Shown here in pieces: positions 26,827 through 42,016 of a stretch of DNA of 64,000 nucleotides. Both the position numbers and the translations under genes were made by a program. The DNA lies in assembly GCF_009914755.1 (NCBI RefSeq), contig NC_060932.1; one strand, given 5' to 3'. Each line of letters begins with the position of its first letter. Positions within the stretch are counted from its first letter, which is position 1. The DNA comes from the human T2T-CHM13v2.0 reference genome, Homo sapiens. The notes under the pieces were generated by a model that was not told where the DNA came from, made no database searches, and worked only from the letters and a program-made list of their open reading frames with translations.

Positions 26827-27630
26827 GTCGCAATCCCCACGTTTTGGAAAAAACTTCTGTGGTTTATATACAGAACTATAATTTTGTCCACATTGAGATT
26901 TCACTACACCCTCAAGTTAAAAAAAAATTGAAAATTAAAGGATAATCATATGAAAAAGGACATTTTTTTAAAATTCAGACTTTTTCAGAGATGACTTAGG
27001 GATTTTTTATAACTTCCTGTAACTTTTAAGCAAAGTTGAACTACAAGATAAATTTTTCCTTGTCATGTTATTTCAAATACTTCATGTTAGCATGCCCAGA
27101 AATTGACCTAAAAAGGATTAATAATAAAGCCAGTCTTTCTAATAGCAAAAAAAACTCTTTTTGCTTTTATGAGTTTGAAGAAAATTCTAATCATAATTCA
27201 ATAAATAAAACACAACCCAAATTAATTAAGTGGTAAAACCAACTTTCCCAATTTATTTCTTTATCTTAGTCCTAAACCAAATAGAAAATATATAGTTTTG
27301 CCACATCAACTGCTAAAACTGTATTATTCTGTAAGGTCTTCCTGAATAACCCATTCTTTGAGATGAACTAGCTGCTTACTCATCTGTCTTCATGTATAAG
27401 CCCCATTCAGATGGAGACATCCTCCTGCCTGCCCCTGAGGTTTTCACAGTTGTAAAAGATGAGACACACCCATATTTCTCTGGGTGATGGGAGTTTGTGA
27501 ACAAATATCTGTAGTAAAGAGGAGCCCAGGAAGGCAAGCAACTGTAGAGTCATTCTGTCTCTCAGCGCTTCTAAAACTGTCATGTTCAGCAGATCCTGAA
27601 GCTCTTCAGGAATGACTCATAGTCATGTAG

Positions 27631-28257
<627 letters not shown>

Positions 28258-30181
28258 TAAATGACATGATTATACCTCATGACAAAGTTATAAACATCTG
28301 CTGAGTGCACATCAAATCAGAAAATTTTAGAGGTTAGAGCGCTAGAGCCATAATTTAGCTCAATCTCTTGATTGTATAGGTGAGTAAACTGAGTTTTCTA
28401 AAGGCTAGGCCAAATTGAGAAACGTGGTCTCCCAGTTCCCATTTAGCATGATTTCCACCAAATGCCCAGATATGGATGATGCAAATATCCTTGGGAACAG
28501 AGTAAGTGCGTTAGCCCCTCAAATGCAGAGCCCGAGTTTTCAGCCCCTGCTATCATGCCTGCTCCATAGTGGGGTGCAGAGTGTTCTTTCTCATTCTTTC
28601 TTTTTTCATTTTTTAAAATTTCTTTGAACCACTTTTGATTTCCATATGATTCAGATTGCATTTTTATTTTTCTTCACTTCTTGAGTGCTTTTGATTGATA
28701 CAACTTAATTTTAAATATTCTTCTATTTCTCCTTTATGAATCACTTATTACTATGAACAGCCCTGACAAATTCTCAAGTTTTATACGCCTTATATTTTTC
28801 AAGGCTGGTTTTAGATATCACAATCTTTAAGAAGCCTGCTTGACCACAAGACATTTCGTGTTTTGCTTTTGTTTTTGTGTGTGGTAAATACAAATTTTAT
28901 TCTGTATAAAATATAATAAAAACATTCCTGCATTCTAAAGGTCTTAAAACTCCAATCAGTGTAACATTTTTGGTATTTAAATAAACAAAATACTCATTTC
29001 AAATTAAAATACAGCACATATTCTGTTTCTTTTAACGTTTTAGTTTTAGGGGCACATGTACAGGTTTGTTACATAGGAATATTGTGTATTGCTGAGATTT
29101 GGTGTATGAGTGATACTGTCACCTAGGTAGTAAGCATAGTACCTGATAGGTAGTTTTTCAACCCCAACCTCCCACCCCCTTTAATCGTCCCCTGTGTCTA
29201 TTGTTCCCATCTTTGTGTCCATGTATATTCAATGGTTAGCTCAAAACTTACAAGTGAGAACATGCAGTGTTTGGTTTTTTGTTCCTGCATTAATCCATTT
29301 AGGGTAATGGCCTCCAGCTCCATTCATGTTGCTACAAAGGAGTATTATCTCATTCTTTTATATGGCTCATTCCTTTTTATGGCTGTGTAGTATTCCACAG
29401 TGCATATGTACCACATTTTCTTGATCCATTCCACCATTGATGGGCATCTAGGTTGATTCGTGTTTTTGTAACTGTGAATAGTGCTACAATGAACAAATGA
29501 GTGTATGTGTATTTTTGGTGGTACAATTTATTTTGTTTTGGGTACATACCCAGTAATGGGGTTGCAGGGTCAAATGGTAGTTCTGTTTTAAGTTCTTTGA
29601 GCAATCTCAAAATCAAAGTGACTAATTTACTTTCCTGCCAACAGTGTGTAAGCATTCCATTTTCTCTGCAACCTTGCCAGCGTGTGTTATTTTTTGACTT
29701 TTTAATAATAGCCATTCTGACTGGTGTAAGATGGTATCTCATTTTGATTTGCTTTTCTCTAATGATTAGTGATGTTGAGCACTGTTTCATACCTTTGTTG
29801 GCCACATGTATGTCTTCTTTTGAAAAGTGTCTATTCATGTCCTTTGCTCATTTTTTAATGGGGCTGCTTGTTTTTTGCTTGTTGAATTGTTTAAATTCCT
29901 TATAGATTCTAGATATTAGACCTTTGTTGGCTGCATAGTTTGATAATATTTTCTTCCATTCTGTAGGTTGTCTGTATACTCTGTTGACAGTTTCTTCTGC
30001 TGTGCAGAAGCTCTTTAGTTTAATTAGATTCCTCTTGCCAATTTTCGTTTTTGTTGAAACTGCTTTCGGTGACTGCTCATTAATTCTTTGCCAAGGCCAA
30101 TGTCCAGAATGGTATTTCCTAGGTATTCTTCCAGGATTTTTATAGTGTAAGGACTTCATTTAAGTCTTTAATCCATCTTGA

Positions 30182-30501
<320 letters not shown>

Positions 30502-30571
30502 TGAGTTTTATATATAGTAAAAGGTAGGGGGGCTTCAGATTCAATCTGCTAGCCAGTTATCCCAACACCAT

Positions 30572-31099
30572 TGTTGGGAACAGGCCCCCAAATCTGGCCA
30601 TAAACTGGCCCCAAACTGACCATAAACAAAATCTCTGCAGCACTGTGACATGTTGGTGATGGCCATGATGCCCACGCTGAAGGCATCAGAATGAGTGCAA
30701 AGAACACCTGACCCACCCAGGGTGGAAAACCACTTAAAGGCGTTCCTCAGCCACAAATAATAGCATGAACAATCTGCCACAAATAATAGCATGAACAATC
30801 TATGCCTCAAGGACATGTTCCTGCTGCAGATAACTAGCCAGAGGCCATCCCTTTGTTTAGATCCATCCCTTTGTTTCCTGTAAGGAATACTTTTAGTTAA
30901 TCTATAATCTATAGAAATAATGCTTATCACTGGCTTGTTGTCAATAAATATGTGGGTAAATCTCTGTTCCGGGCTCTCAGCTCTGAAGGCTGTGAGTCCC
31001 CTGATTTCCCACTCCACATGCTATATTTCTATGTGTGTGTGTCTTTAATTTCCCTGGCACCTCTGGGTTAGGGTGTCCCCGACCGAGCTGGCCTTGGCA
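30572..31099 (+). mobile_element. MER9 solo LTR (HERV-K HML-3)
   Basis: TGTTGGGAACAGGCCCCCAAATCTGGCCATAAACTGGCCCC start, AATAAA signal, GACCGAGCTGGCCTTGGCA end. Internal 26-bp tandem duplication at 30750-30801. Confidence 0.85.
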
Positions 31100-33222
31100 C
31101 TGTTTATTGAATAGGGATTCCTTTCCCCCATTGCTTGTCATTATCAGCTTTGTTGAAGATCAGATAGTTGCAGGTATGTAGCTTTGTTTCTGCATTCTCT
31201 ATCTTCCTCCATTTGTCTATGTATCTGTTTTTGTACCAGTACCAAGCTGTTTTGGTTACTGTAGCCTTGCAGTATAGTTTGAAGTCAGGCAGCTTGATGT
31301 CTCCAGGTTTGTTCTTTTCGCTTAGGATGGCTTTGTCTATTCAGGCTCTTTTCTGGTTCCATGTGAATTTTTGAGTAGTTTTTTCTAGTTCTGTGATAAA
31401 TTATGTTTATGGCTTAATAGGAAGTGCATTGAATCTATAGATTGCTTTGGACAGTATGGCCATTTTAACAATATTGATTCTCCTATCCATGAGCATGGAA
31501 TGGTGGGATGTTTTTCTATTTGTTTTTGTCATCTCTGATTTCTTTCAGCAGTGTCTTTCAATTCTCATTGTAGAGTTCTTTCACCTCTTTGGTTAGCTGT
31601 ATTCCTAGGTATTTTGTTCTTTTTGTGGCTATTGTAAGTGGTGTTCCTAATTTGGCTGTCAGCTTGCTCATTATTGGTGTATAGAAATGCCACTGATTTG
31701 TGTATGTTGATTTTGTATCCTAAATCTTTACTGAAGTTATTTATCAGTTCAAGGAGCTTTTTGGTGGAGTGCTTAGGGATTTCTAAGTATAGACTTATAT
31801 TGTCTGTGAAGAAAGATGATTCGACTTCCTCTCTTTCTATTTAGATACCTTTTATTTCTTTCTCTTACCAGATCGCTCTGGCTAGGACTTCCAGTACTAT
31901 GCTGAATAAGAGCAGTGAGAGTGGGCATCCTTGTCTTGTCCCAGTTCTCAGAGATAATACTTCCAGTTTTTGCTCATCAGTTATAATCTTAGTGGTGGGT
32001 TTGGATCTTATTATTTTGAGGTATATTCCTTTGATGCCTAATTTGTTGAAAAGTTTTAAGATGAAATAATGTTGAATTTTATCAAAAGCCTTTTCTTCTT
32101 CTAAGGAAATGGTCATGTGGTTTTTGTTTTAATTCTGTTTATGTGGTAATCACATTTATTGACTTGTGTATGTTGAACCAACCTTCCATTTTAGGAATAA
32201 ACCCTGCTTGATCATGTTGAATGAGCTTTTTGATGTGCTGCTGGATTCAGTTTGCTAGTATTTTGTTAAGGAATTTTGTGTCTGTGTTCATCAGGGATAT
32301 TGACTGGAAATTTTCTCTTTTCATTGTGTCTCTGCACAACTTTGGTATCAGAATGATGCTGGTTTCATAAAATGCATTAAAGAGGACTCCTTCCTCCTTG
32401 ATTTTTGCAACAATTTTAATAAAACTGTTCTTTATTTCTCTCGAGGGTTTGACTGGTGTAAATTGGGTATAGTTTACTGACTTTCTGACTTTGTTTCTGG
32501 CTCAGCTTGACACTCCTAGGCTGTACTCTCTAACCCTGGGGGCTGGCACCAGTCCTGTGGTTTTATTCTCTGGCCCCTCAAAGTCAAGTACCAGCTGTGC
32601 TAGGGGTGCTGGGGTGCTCTCTGGCTGCTAGCAAAAGCACTCCATTGGGGGGCCACCAGCTAAAGCACTCCTTTGGGGACAGCAGAGGCTGCTGGTGGTG
32701 CACTCCCTGGGGTGGTAAGGACTGCTAGCGTACTGTGTCAGGAGGCTGTTGGCAAAAGTGCTCCAGTAGAGTGGGGGGGGCCATCAGTAAAAGCACGACA
32801 GCAGTGGTCTTCAGCAGAACACCAGCAGAGCAGTGGAGGCTGTGCTATGTGCTCACTCCATTGCAAGCAGCCAGGCAGGGACCCTAGGAGGGGCCAGTAG
32901 ACAGGAGACATGTAGCTCCAATTTGCCCTAGTTCCAGGAGGAAGACAGCCCAGCTCTTTCTAGGTCTGGCAGTTAACAAAGGCCTGAGCCACCTAGAGGA
33001 GTATGGAGAGCCTTGGGGAGTGGGTGTCTATGGCTGTGTTCTTTTGCCGCTGTCTCTGCACCAAACCTCCTAGGTTTTGTTCAGACTCAAGCTCTGTCTC
33101 TGTTGACTCTCTGGGCAGGTCCCCCTGCCAAGTCAAATGTCCATGGGTATTGTGAGATTTCCTGCAGCTAGGATCCCAGAGGTCCATGGTAACAGTGAGC
33201 CACACTGCAGTTATTTCACTTA

Positions 33223-33615
<393 letters not shown>

Positions 33616-34731
33616 CTAGTGCTTTGGCAACCCTGTGCAGGGTTCCGAGCTTCCTTCTCCTGCAGCCCCACTGTCTCTGTCACCTTTCCATCCACTTTCA
33701 GTGCATTCTCTCAGAATATCTCAGCCTGCTTTTTGTGTGTGCTCCCATAGTAAATAGTGTTGCTGCTCTCATTGCATGCATCACTTATCATCTTTGCCTG
33801 ATTACCTGGCTGTCTCCCCTACTTGGATGTATGCCTGTGGGTGAAAATCACAGCATATTCTGGTTTAGTATCTCAGAATTGTGCTTGACACATGCTCAAC
33901 AAATGGTGTATAATGCATTTTTATTCATCTCACCATATTTATACTGCAATTGTCCATCCTCTAGATGCATTGCTCGAGCCTCATTCACTCATTATTCCTT
34001 ATCTTTTCCTACTTCCACAGGTTAATAACATAACAATCTTTCAGAAACAAAGCTTTATCAAAATCTAGCCAAAGGGTAATAGAAAAATAAGTAGGAGTTG
34101 GAGTTTACTACATTTAATTGCATCTGTGCATCTCTTTCTGTTTAAGCACAGAGTGTGTTTTCAACCTCTGAGGAGATGCCAATTAGCATGACATATCTTT
34201 GGAAACATGGAGCTAGTGTATCTTTGATATACATGGAGCAAATCAACAAAGATAATGAGTCCAGCTGGTGGCTATGGAAGTGGACAGAAGGTAGGCAGAT
34301 TTTAATGATTTCCAATTCTTCCGGATGCCAATTAGGAAATGACCAACAACGTGCAATCACTGTAGATTAAGAACAAGATGCCATAGGGAACATTTACATT
34401 ACCAAGCTGTTTTTTAGACTGTCAACATTCCTCTTCATATTTCAGATAGGAAACAAGTTTCCCAGGGACAAGGCTAGGAGAAGGGGATTGACTTCAAGGG
34501 CCTCTGAAGGGACATCTGGAGTGGCAGGAGTGTTCTACATCATGACTGTGGGGTAGCTATGTGACTCTATACACTTACCAAAAATTATCAGATTGAGCAC
34601 TTAAAATCGGTGAATTTTTGCATATAAAGGAAACCTTGAGAAACCTGATTTTTTAGAAGAAAGAAAGAAAAAGTAAAAAAGAAAAAAAAGAAAGAGGGAA
34701 GGAAAAAAGGGGATCAAGGCAAGAAGCAGAA

Positions 34732-35410
34732 TGCTATGTTTCACATGTTTGTCTTCTTCAAAACTCATGTTGATGTTTAATCCCCATAGTGATAGTTTTG
34801 AGTGGTGAAGCCTTTAAGGGGAGAATGAATTAATCCACTTATGAATTAATAAATTAATAGATTAATGGGCTATCATGAGAGTGGAGCTGGTGGCTTTGTA
34901 AGAAGAGGAAGAGAGACCTGAGCTAGCGTATTAGCATGCTCATCCTGCTTACCTGCTCCCCCTCAAGACTCTGCAGAGTGTCCCCACCAGCAAGAAGGCT
35001 GTCACCAGATGCAGCCCCTCAACCTTGGATTTCCCAGCTGGCAGAACTGTAATAAATAAATTTTGTCCCTTATAAATTATTCTGTTTCAGTGTTCTGTTA
35101 GAAGCAACAGAAAACTAAGATAGAAAATTGGTACTGAGAAATGTGGTGTTGATGGTAATGAATACCTGAAAACATGGAAGCAGCTTTGGAACCAGATAAT
35201 GGGGTGAGGCTGGAAGAATTTGGGAAAGCAGGCTAGAAAAACCCTATATTTCTGTAAATGGAACATTAAAGAGGGTTCTGGAAAGATCCTTAGAAGGCAA
35301 GAAGACTAGGGAAAGTTTGGAATTCCTTAGAGATTGGTTAAGTGGTCATACCAAAATGCAGATAGAAATATGGTCAGTAAAGGCCATTCTAATGAAAATC
35401 TCAGATGGAA
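34732..35410 (+). mobile_element. MST-type MaLR LTR plus start of internal region
   Basis: TGCTATG...AAAACTCATGTTGA, GAAGAGAGACCTGAGCTAGC, end AACTAAGA. Followed by GAAAATTGGTAC internal sequence. Confidence 0.75.
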
Positions 35411-35426
35411 CTGGGATACAGATATC

Positions 35427-35554
35427 TACATATATCTATATATATATGTGTGTTTGTGTGTGTGTGTGTGTGTGCACCTGTGTGTGTGTGTACACAGAAG
35501 GGATAAGCTCATGGGTTATGGATCTAGAATATATCTTGATAGATAGATAGATAG
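35427..35554 (+). repeat. (TA)n/(TG)n and (TAGA)n microsatellites
   Basis: Read directly. Confidence 0.85.
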
Positions 35555-36172
35555 TCCATTTTGAAGCTGTTTCTTCAAAATGTAAAAAAATCACTCAAGC
35601 CACTACCACTCGTCACTTTTTAATTACATGTGCATCATGACAGCCATGGCTCAAAGATTTGGGTTATAGCTTCATGAGGTTAGTTTTGCTATAGACTAGA
35701 TCTTTACTTTTACTTCTTGTTACCAGGCTCTTAGGTTATTAATGAGTTTCTTTTTCTTAAAAAAAAGAAAGGTAAGAGGCTTATGCATAGAAATCTAGGA
35801 ATCGTGGGAATTATATGGTCTAATTCCATTGATGCTTATTAAATATTTATAATTTCATATATAATAAAAATATATGATGAAAAAATACATTATCTTAAAA
35901 CATAAGATACTAAATAGAAAAAGGAAGAAAAGCATTTAGCTAGTTATAAATAATGCTATCGTTTATTGAGCATTTAATTCATACCTAGACCTTGGATAAG
36001 AACGTAAGAGAAATTATCTCATTTAATAAAAGCTTTGTAGCTTTTAATAAAAGGGTAACTTCTAAGATTTCTGAATTATTGAAGTATTTAATCTTGCTTT
36101 TTTCAGCTTTGAACTCTTATACATAACAGCTTGATTGGGTTGAAAGTTATTTTCTCTTAAAATTCTTTCTAA

Positions 36173-36465
36173 TTTTTTTTTTTTTTGAGACAGAGTCTCA
36201 CTTTGTCACTCAGGCTAGAGTACAGCAGCATGATCATAGCTCACTATAGCCTCAACCTCCTGGGCTCAAGTGATCCTCCCACCTCAGCCTCCCAAGTAAC
36301 TGGGACCATAAGCACAAGCCATCATACCTGGCTAATTTTTAAATTTTTTGTGCAGATGGGGGTCTTGCCATGTTGCCCAGGCTGGTCTTGAACCCCTGGA
36401 CTCAATCTTCCTACCTCAGCCTCCCCAAGTGCTGGCATTACAGGTGTGAGCTACCACATCCAGCC
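36173..36465 (-). mobile_element. AluJ
   Basis: Reverse, diverged Alu with GGGCTCAAGTGATCCTCCC. Confidence 0.9.
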
Positions 36466-37984
36466 TAAATTCTTAATTATTTATGAGTTGTTACAAACTA
36501 GAGTCACTATACATTAGTCAGGTGGCTTCCATTAATTTGCATTAATTATTTATAATACATTTTATTGTATATATTTAAGGTATACAACATGATGCTGTGG
36601 ATTACATGTAGATGGTAAAACCATTATTATAGTGGAGCAGATTATCATCTCACATAGTTACCCTTCGTTTATGTGGCAAGAATAGCTAAAATCTACTCAT
36701 TTAGTATGAAACCTAAAACTGTGTATTTGATTACTTAAAGCCTTTAAGTCGTACATTAGATCTCTAGACTTGTTTATCCTCCATATCTGTTCCTTTGTAT
36801 CCTCTGATCTGCATCTCCTCTAATCTGCATCAATCTGAGCTCTTCCCTAGGTAAGCCAGACCCCACTCAGTCCTGCTCTATTTGTGGAGCAACACTGTCT
36901 TTTATTCAATGTATGTGTTATTACTATGCTTATATAGACGCTGCATGGATATAGGACAGAGTCAAAATACAGAAAGCTAGATAGAAACAAATTTAGTACT
37001 CTTTTGTTGAAGATGTACTCATCCTTTGGGAAAGTTCCTACTAGACAATGTGATTGTTACAGCTTAGCTTACATTTGAAAGCATATTAACATATAATTTA
37101 ACCTTCCATACAATGGAATATACAGATTACATTTTAACCAAACAATATGAGTCATAAGCCAAATTTGTCACTAAAATTCACTGCTAAATAGCTGGTTTAG
37201 CCTAGAGGAAAACAATAGGAAATGTGTAGGAAAAAGGTAATTCCAGAATATTCTGAGTATGGAGGCAAGCAGAAAATAAACATTCTGGTTTGGTACTATA
37301 ATATGGTCATAAGTGAATAACATTGAATGTGGCTTTTGTTTTATAACAAGATTTTTAAAAATAAGTGAATAACAATTCAAATAAGATTTAAAGTGCCTGC
37401 ATTTCCTTCCCAGTAAGCTCTTAATGGAGGAAGATGAATAAGACTCTAAAACAGAGGCTATTAAGAAAAGACACTCTGGCTCTAAGGGTTTGCCAAAAAA
37501 GAAAAAAAAGGAAAGACAGAAAAGTTGAGAGGAAGAGGGATAGAGCAATTTTTGCAAAACAGTTTTTTTCATTGCAATGTGTTTGGCATACGCCTGACAT
37601 CCTTCCGATTTAACGTTGTTATTGAAGCGACACTTGCTGTAGCTTGGGCCTGCATTGTAATTAGGAAAGCACACTATACTCTGAGGCCGAGATGATCACT
37701 TGCTCTTTGTTAGCCAACAGTACAGTTTCCAGAAAATGTCTTAACCTTTCCAGTCAAACTGACACAATCCACATTGTGTTAATCCAATTGTGGATTGTGT
37801 CGATTCGATTGGATATGTGAACTGTTAAAGTTAACAGACATACTTTTATAAAACAAACAGAACTGTCAATTTAGAAAATATAGCATATGTAACTAGATTC
37901 CTAAAGTGGAGCATTTTAAAATGTTTGAATCAGAATACCACAATACCAAAGAAATTCTCTGCAACTTGAAAGAGTACCTGCTAG

Positions 37985-38284
<300 letters not shown>

Positions 38285-38922
38285 TAGAACTTTGTATTCC
38301 AGCATGGTCCACAGACCCAACAGCATCAGCATCATTTGGGAGCCAGTTAGAAATGCAGACCTTCTAATTTAGAGTTTGAACTTTAGGTGATTCTTATCCC
38401 TGCTAGAGTTTGAGGGGCACTAGCTTAGAATACTTAGTCTACTACCAGTGAGTGAAAGGTACAAAGGGAAAAAGAAGCCCTTTTCTGATAACATTTTTCT
38501 CCTTTTAAACCAGTAATCTCTTCAGAATAGGAACGTTTCTTATTTATCTTTGTGATACTTATAACTAGTAGTATCTGGTCTGTAACAGGCAATCAAATAT
38601 TTGTTAAATAGCTGAATTTGCTAATAATCCATTTTTTAAACTCTGTTTAGCACAGGCAAGCTTAGAGAGATGCCGATAGAGAGGTTAATTCACCAGACTG
38701 GTATTTTTCAATGGCAGCTCTAGCAAATGAATATAGGTATAAAATTCTATGTGGAAGACATTTTTCCTCAGTAGTTTGAAGACCTTGCTCAAAACTGTGA
38801 AGTCAGCCCTATGTAAAGTATAATATTTTGTCCTTTATAAGTAAGCTATTTTTTCACTCTGGTTTCTTTAATATTTTTCTTCTTTGTTGTCCTGTAGTTT
38901 CATCATATTCTAAATGTGGATT

Positions 38923-39340
38923 TTTTTTCCTTCTTTTTTTTCTTTAATCTTGCTTTCTTTTTTATTTTATTTTTATTTTAGGTTTGGAGGTACATGTGCA
39001 GGTTTTTTATATAGGTAAACTCATGTGACAGGGGTTTGTTTTACAGATTATTTTATCTTCCAGGTACTAAGCCTAGTACTCAATAGTTATTTTTTCCGCT
39101 CCTCTCCCTCCTCCCACCCTCCACCCTTAAGGTGGGCCCAGTGTCTGTTCTGTCCTTTGTGCCCATGAGTTTCTCATTATGTAGCTCCCACTGATAAGAG
39201 AGAACATGTGGTATTTGGTTTTCTGTTCCTGCATTAGTTTGCTAAAGATAATGGCCTCCAGCTCCATCCATGTTCCCACAAAAGACATGATCTTGTTCTT
39301 TTTATGACTGCCTAGTATTCCATGGTGTATAAGTACCACC
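38923..39340 (-). mobile_element. L1PA 3' end fragment
   Basis: Poly-T, reverse L1 3'UTR and ORF2 tail (GTWMELEAII). TSD AAATGTGGATT at 38912-38922 and 39341-39351. Confidence 0.85.
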
Positions 39341-39383
39341 AAATGTGGATTATTTTCATCTTGTTTAAAACTGCGTGTTTCTT

Positions 39384-39660
39384 CTGCATGCTCTCACTCA
39401 TAGGTGGGAATTGAACAATGAGAACACTTGGACACAGGATGGGGAACATCACACACTGGGGCCTGTCGTGGGGTTGGGGGAGCGGGGAGGGATAGCATTA
39501 GGAGATATACCTGATGTAAATGACGAGTTAATGGGTGCAGCACACCAACATGGCACATGTATACATGTGTAAGAAACCTGCATGTTGTGCACATGTACCC
39601 TAGAACTTTAAGTATAATAATAAAAACAAAAATAATAATAATAAAAAGATTTTAGAAAAA
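39384..39660 (+). mobile_element. L1PA4/5-like 3'UTR fragment
   Basis: CTCACTCATAGGTGGGAATTGAACAATGAG...poly-A. 17-bp TSD AAAACTG(C/T)GTGTTTCTT at 39367-39383 and 39661-39677. Confidence 0.9.
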
Positions 39661-40299
39661 AAAACTGTGTGTTTCTTGAATCTAAGGATTGTCTTCCAGT
39701 AACTTTTGAAAAGTATTTATTTGACATTCTATCTTCAAATACATCTGTTTTCTCAATGATTTACAGCCTCTTCTTCTGGGGCTCTAGTTATACATATATA
39801 TGATAGATCTTATCTCTACCTAGTCTCTACCTTTCTGTAATAGTTTCATTCTAATAAATCTTGGGTTATATTTTGGATAATTCCATCAATTTATAACCCA
39901 ATCTGCTATTAATAAATCCATTTATTTTTTAATTTTACTAGCTATATGTTTTATTACTAGCATTCTATTCTTTTTCCCCTTTTTTATACTTTGGTAAGTT
40001 GACTTTAAAAACTATCTCATAAGAAAGAATAAAATATTTCTTAGGTCTCGAATATTTCTGTTATTTTAAATTATTTTCAACATAGGCTTTTAAAATCATC
40101 TTTTTAGTTTGTTTCTGTAGTTACACGCCCTTGAGGTGGTAAGTCTGCTGACTCTTGCTCATGGTGACTGTTTCCTCAAGTTTTTAATAATATTTTATCT
40201 TAAGTGTATCTTCAGTAGAGGTTTGTCTATTAGATTCTCATGTACTCTGGACTATAGGAGGAGTTTTACATTCACTTCTGCCAGATTCTTCAGGGGTGT

Positions 40300-42016
40300 T
40301 GTTACAGGATCTTCGAGGTGTCATTTTTCTGGCTAGAAACCTTTGTGACCCGTGGTGCCTTTGCCCAAGTTTTGCTCAAGCCCCCTGGGCTTTTTTCGCC
40401 CACTTGGCCTGTCAGGCCGTGCTTGGCTTATACTACTGGCCTGGGTCCCACACCTGCCAAGGGTGAGTCAGGCATGGAGTTGTGACGGGTGTGTGAGCAA
40501 GCATGGGGTCTGGCCACTGTGCAGTCAGACATGCCAGCTGCTGCAGCGGGGCAGGCAACTCCAGGTGCTAGCATGGGCTCAGGCTCTCTGCAAGGATGCA
40601 GCCAGACTAGGTGCACTGGAAGCAGCTTCCACGACTGGCATTGGAAACCCGGTGGCACCCAGAAGCTTGGAGATGCCAGGAACCATAGGGCCCCAAAGAG
40701 GGAATCACAGCCCTGGCTTCGGGAGCCCCCGGGTCTGGGGTCCCTGAAGGACCACAGCTCTTCTCTCCTCTTCACCTGCAACATGGTGAGCAAGGAACAT
40801 GTTCCAGCCCTGTTTGTGTTACAGCTCTTTTAGTCCTGCCATTCGATGGTCCCAAGTTCTTGTTTTGCACCCAGGAAGAATGAGGTATGCAGCCAAGTGG
40901 AGGGTGACCAAGACGAAGAGGAGATTTATTGAGCAATGGAACAGCTCAGCCTCCCACAGGGGGCAGCTCCTTTCCGCAGACAGGATGTCCTGATGAGTGT
41001 TCAGCTCCTAGCAGAGAGGAGACTTGGAGTGGGAAGATCCTCTCTGCAGGGAGGTCATCCAGTCATCTCTGCAGCTCTCAGCAGAGAGGAGGCCCTGGAG
41101 TTGGTAGCTCCTCTCTGCCCCAGCTCATCCTGTCGTCTGACCAGCTCTGGCTGAGCTGGGGCTTCTCTGGGCCTCAGAGGGGAGGAAGTGCACACTGATT
41201 GGCCCATGGGTGGTCATGGGCAGGCCTGGAAAAGGCATCACATATCTCCACACTGGTCTGTGGCACTGGCAGCCCAGCCCCCAGCTTTCAGGCCCTCCCT
41301 GGCCTGAAGGTGGAGGCTCACTGGGGACCTGCCCCCTTCTACCCAGGAACCTGTCTATCTCCTGCTGCTGTTCATGGTGCCGAGGCTGTAGGTGCCAAGG
41401 GGCGCCTGCAGGCCAGTGTGAGCTGCCCTCAGACCCTCCGCGGCTTCCCTCCTATGCTCATTGGCGCCCAAAATCTGGAGGGGGACAAGGCGGCAGGGAC
41501 TGGCATGTCAGCTCTGCCCTGAGCATGTGCACACCCCATGGGGCTGTCACAGTGCCCAAGATCAGCCCTGACTTTGCTCTGACATCAGAACAGGTGCTGA
41601 CAGCAGGGAGAAGCCAGGCAGTGGGAACAGGCATTTCTGAGCCAGCGAGGGCAGGGGTCCTTCCCGAGCTCCCAAGAGTGCAGGCATGCCTGGGTTTGCA
41701 GCCACAATTTGGGCAGCTGCCGCTATGCCTGGGGGGATGGGGGTCCTGCCTGCTCTGTGGAGCAGGAGGCCTGGGTCTGCAGCTGAGGTTCGGGCAGCTG
41801 CAGCAGTCCTGCCAGCTCTACGGAGTGGGAGGCCTGGGTCAGCAGCTGTGTTTGGAGCGGCTGCGGCTGCACCTTGGGAGCTCCTGCTCCACCAACTTGG
41901 AAGGGGTGGGGCTCCCACTTGTTGCCAGCTCCACGGAGTGTGCAGCCCCAGCTGTGCCTCCTTGCTACAGCTGGCATGATGGCAGTGCCCGCTCCAGATG
42001 GCCCCTGCTGCCATCA
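40300..42016 (-). mobile_element. MER52-family (ERV1) long solo LTR
   Basis: GC-rich 1.7-kb block. Minus-strand start TGATGGCAGC..CCATCTGGAGCGG, end GATCCTGTAACA. 4-bp flanks GTGT/GTAT. Confidence 0.8.

Noticed and set aside
37171-37674. 167-aa minus-strand ORF
   Set aside because: Non-ATG start, low-complexity F/L/S composition and no recognisable domain.
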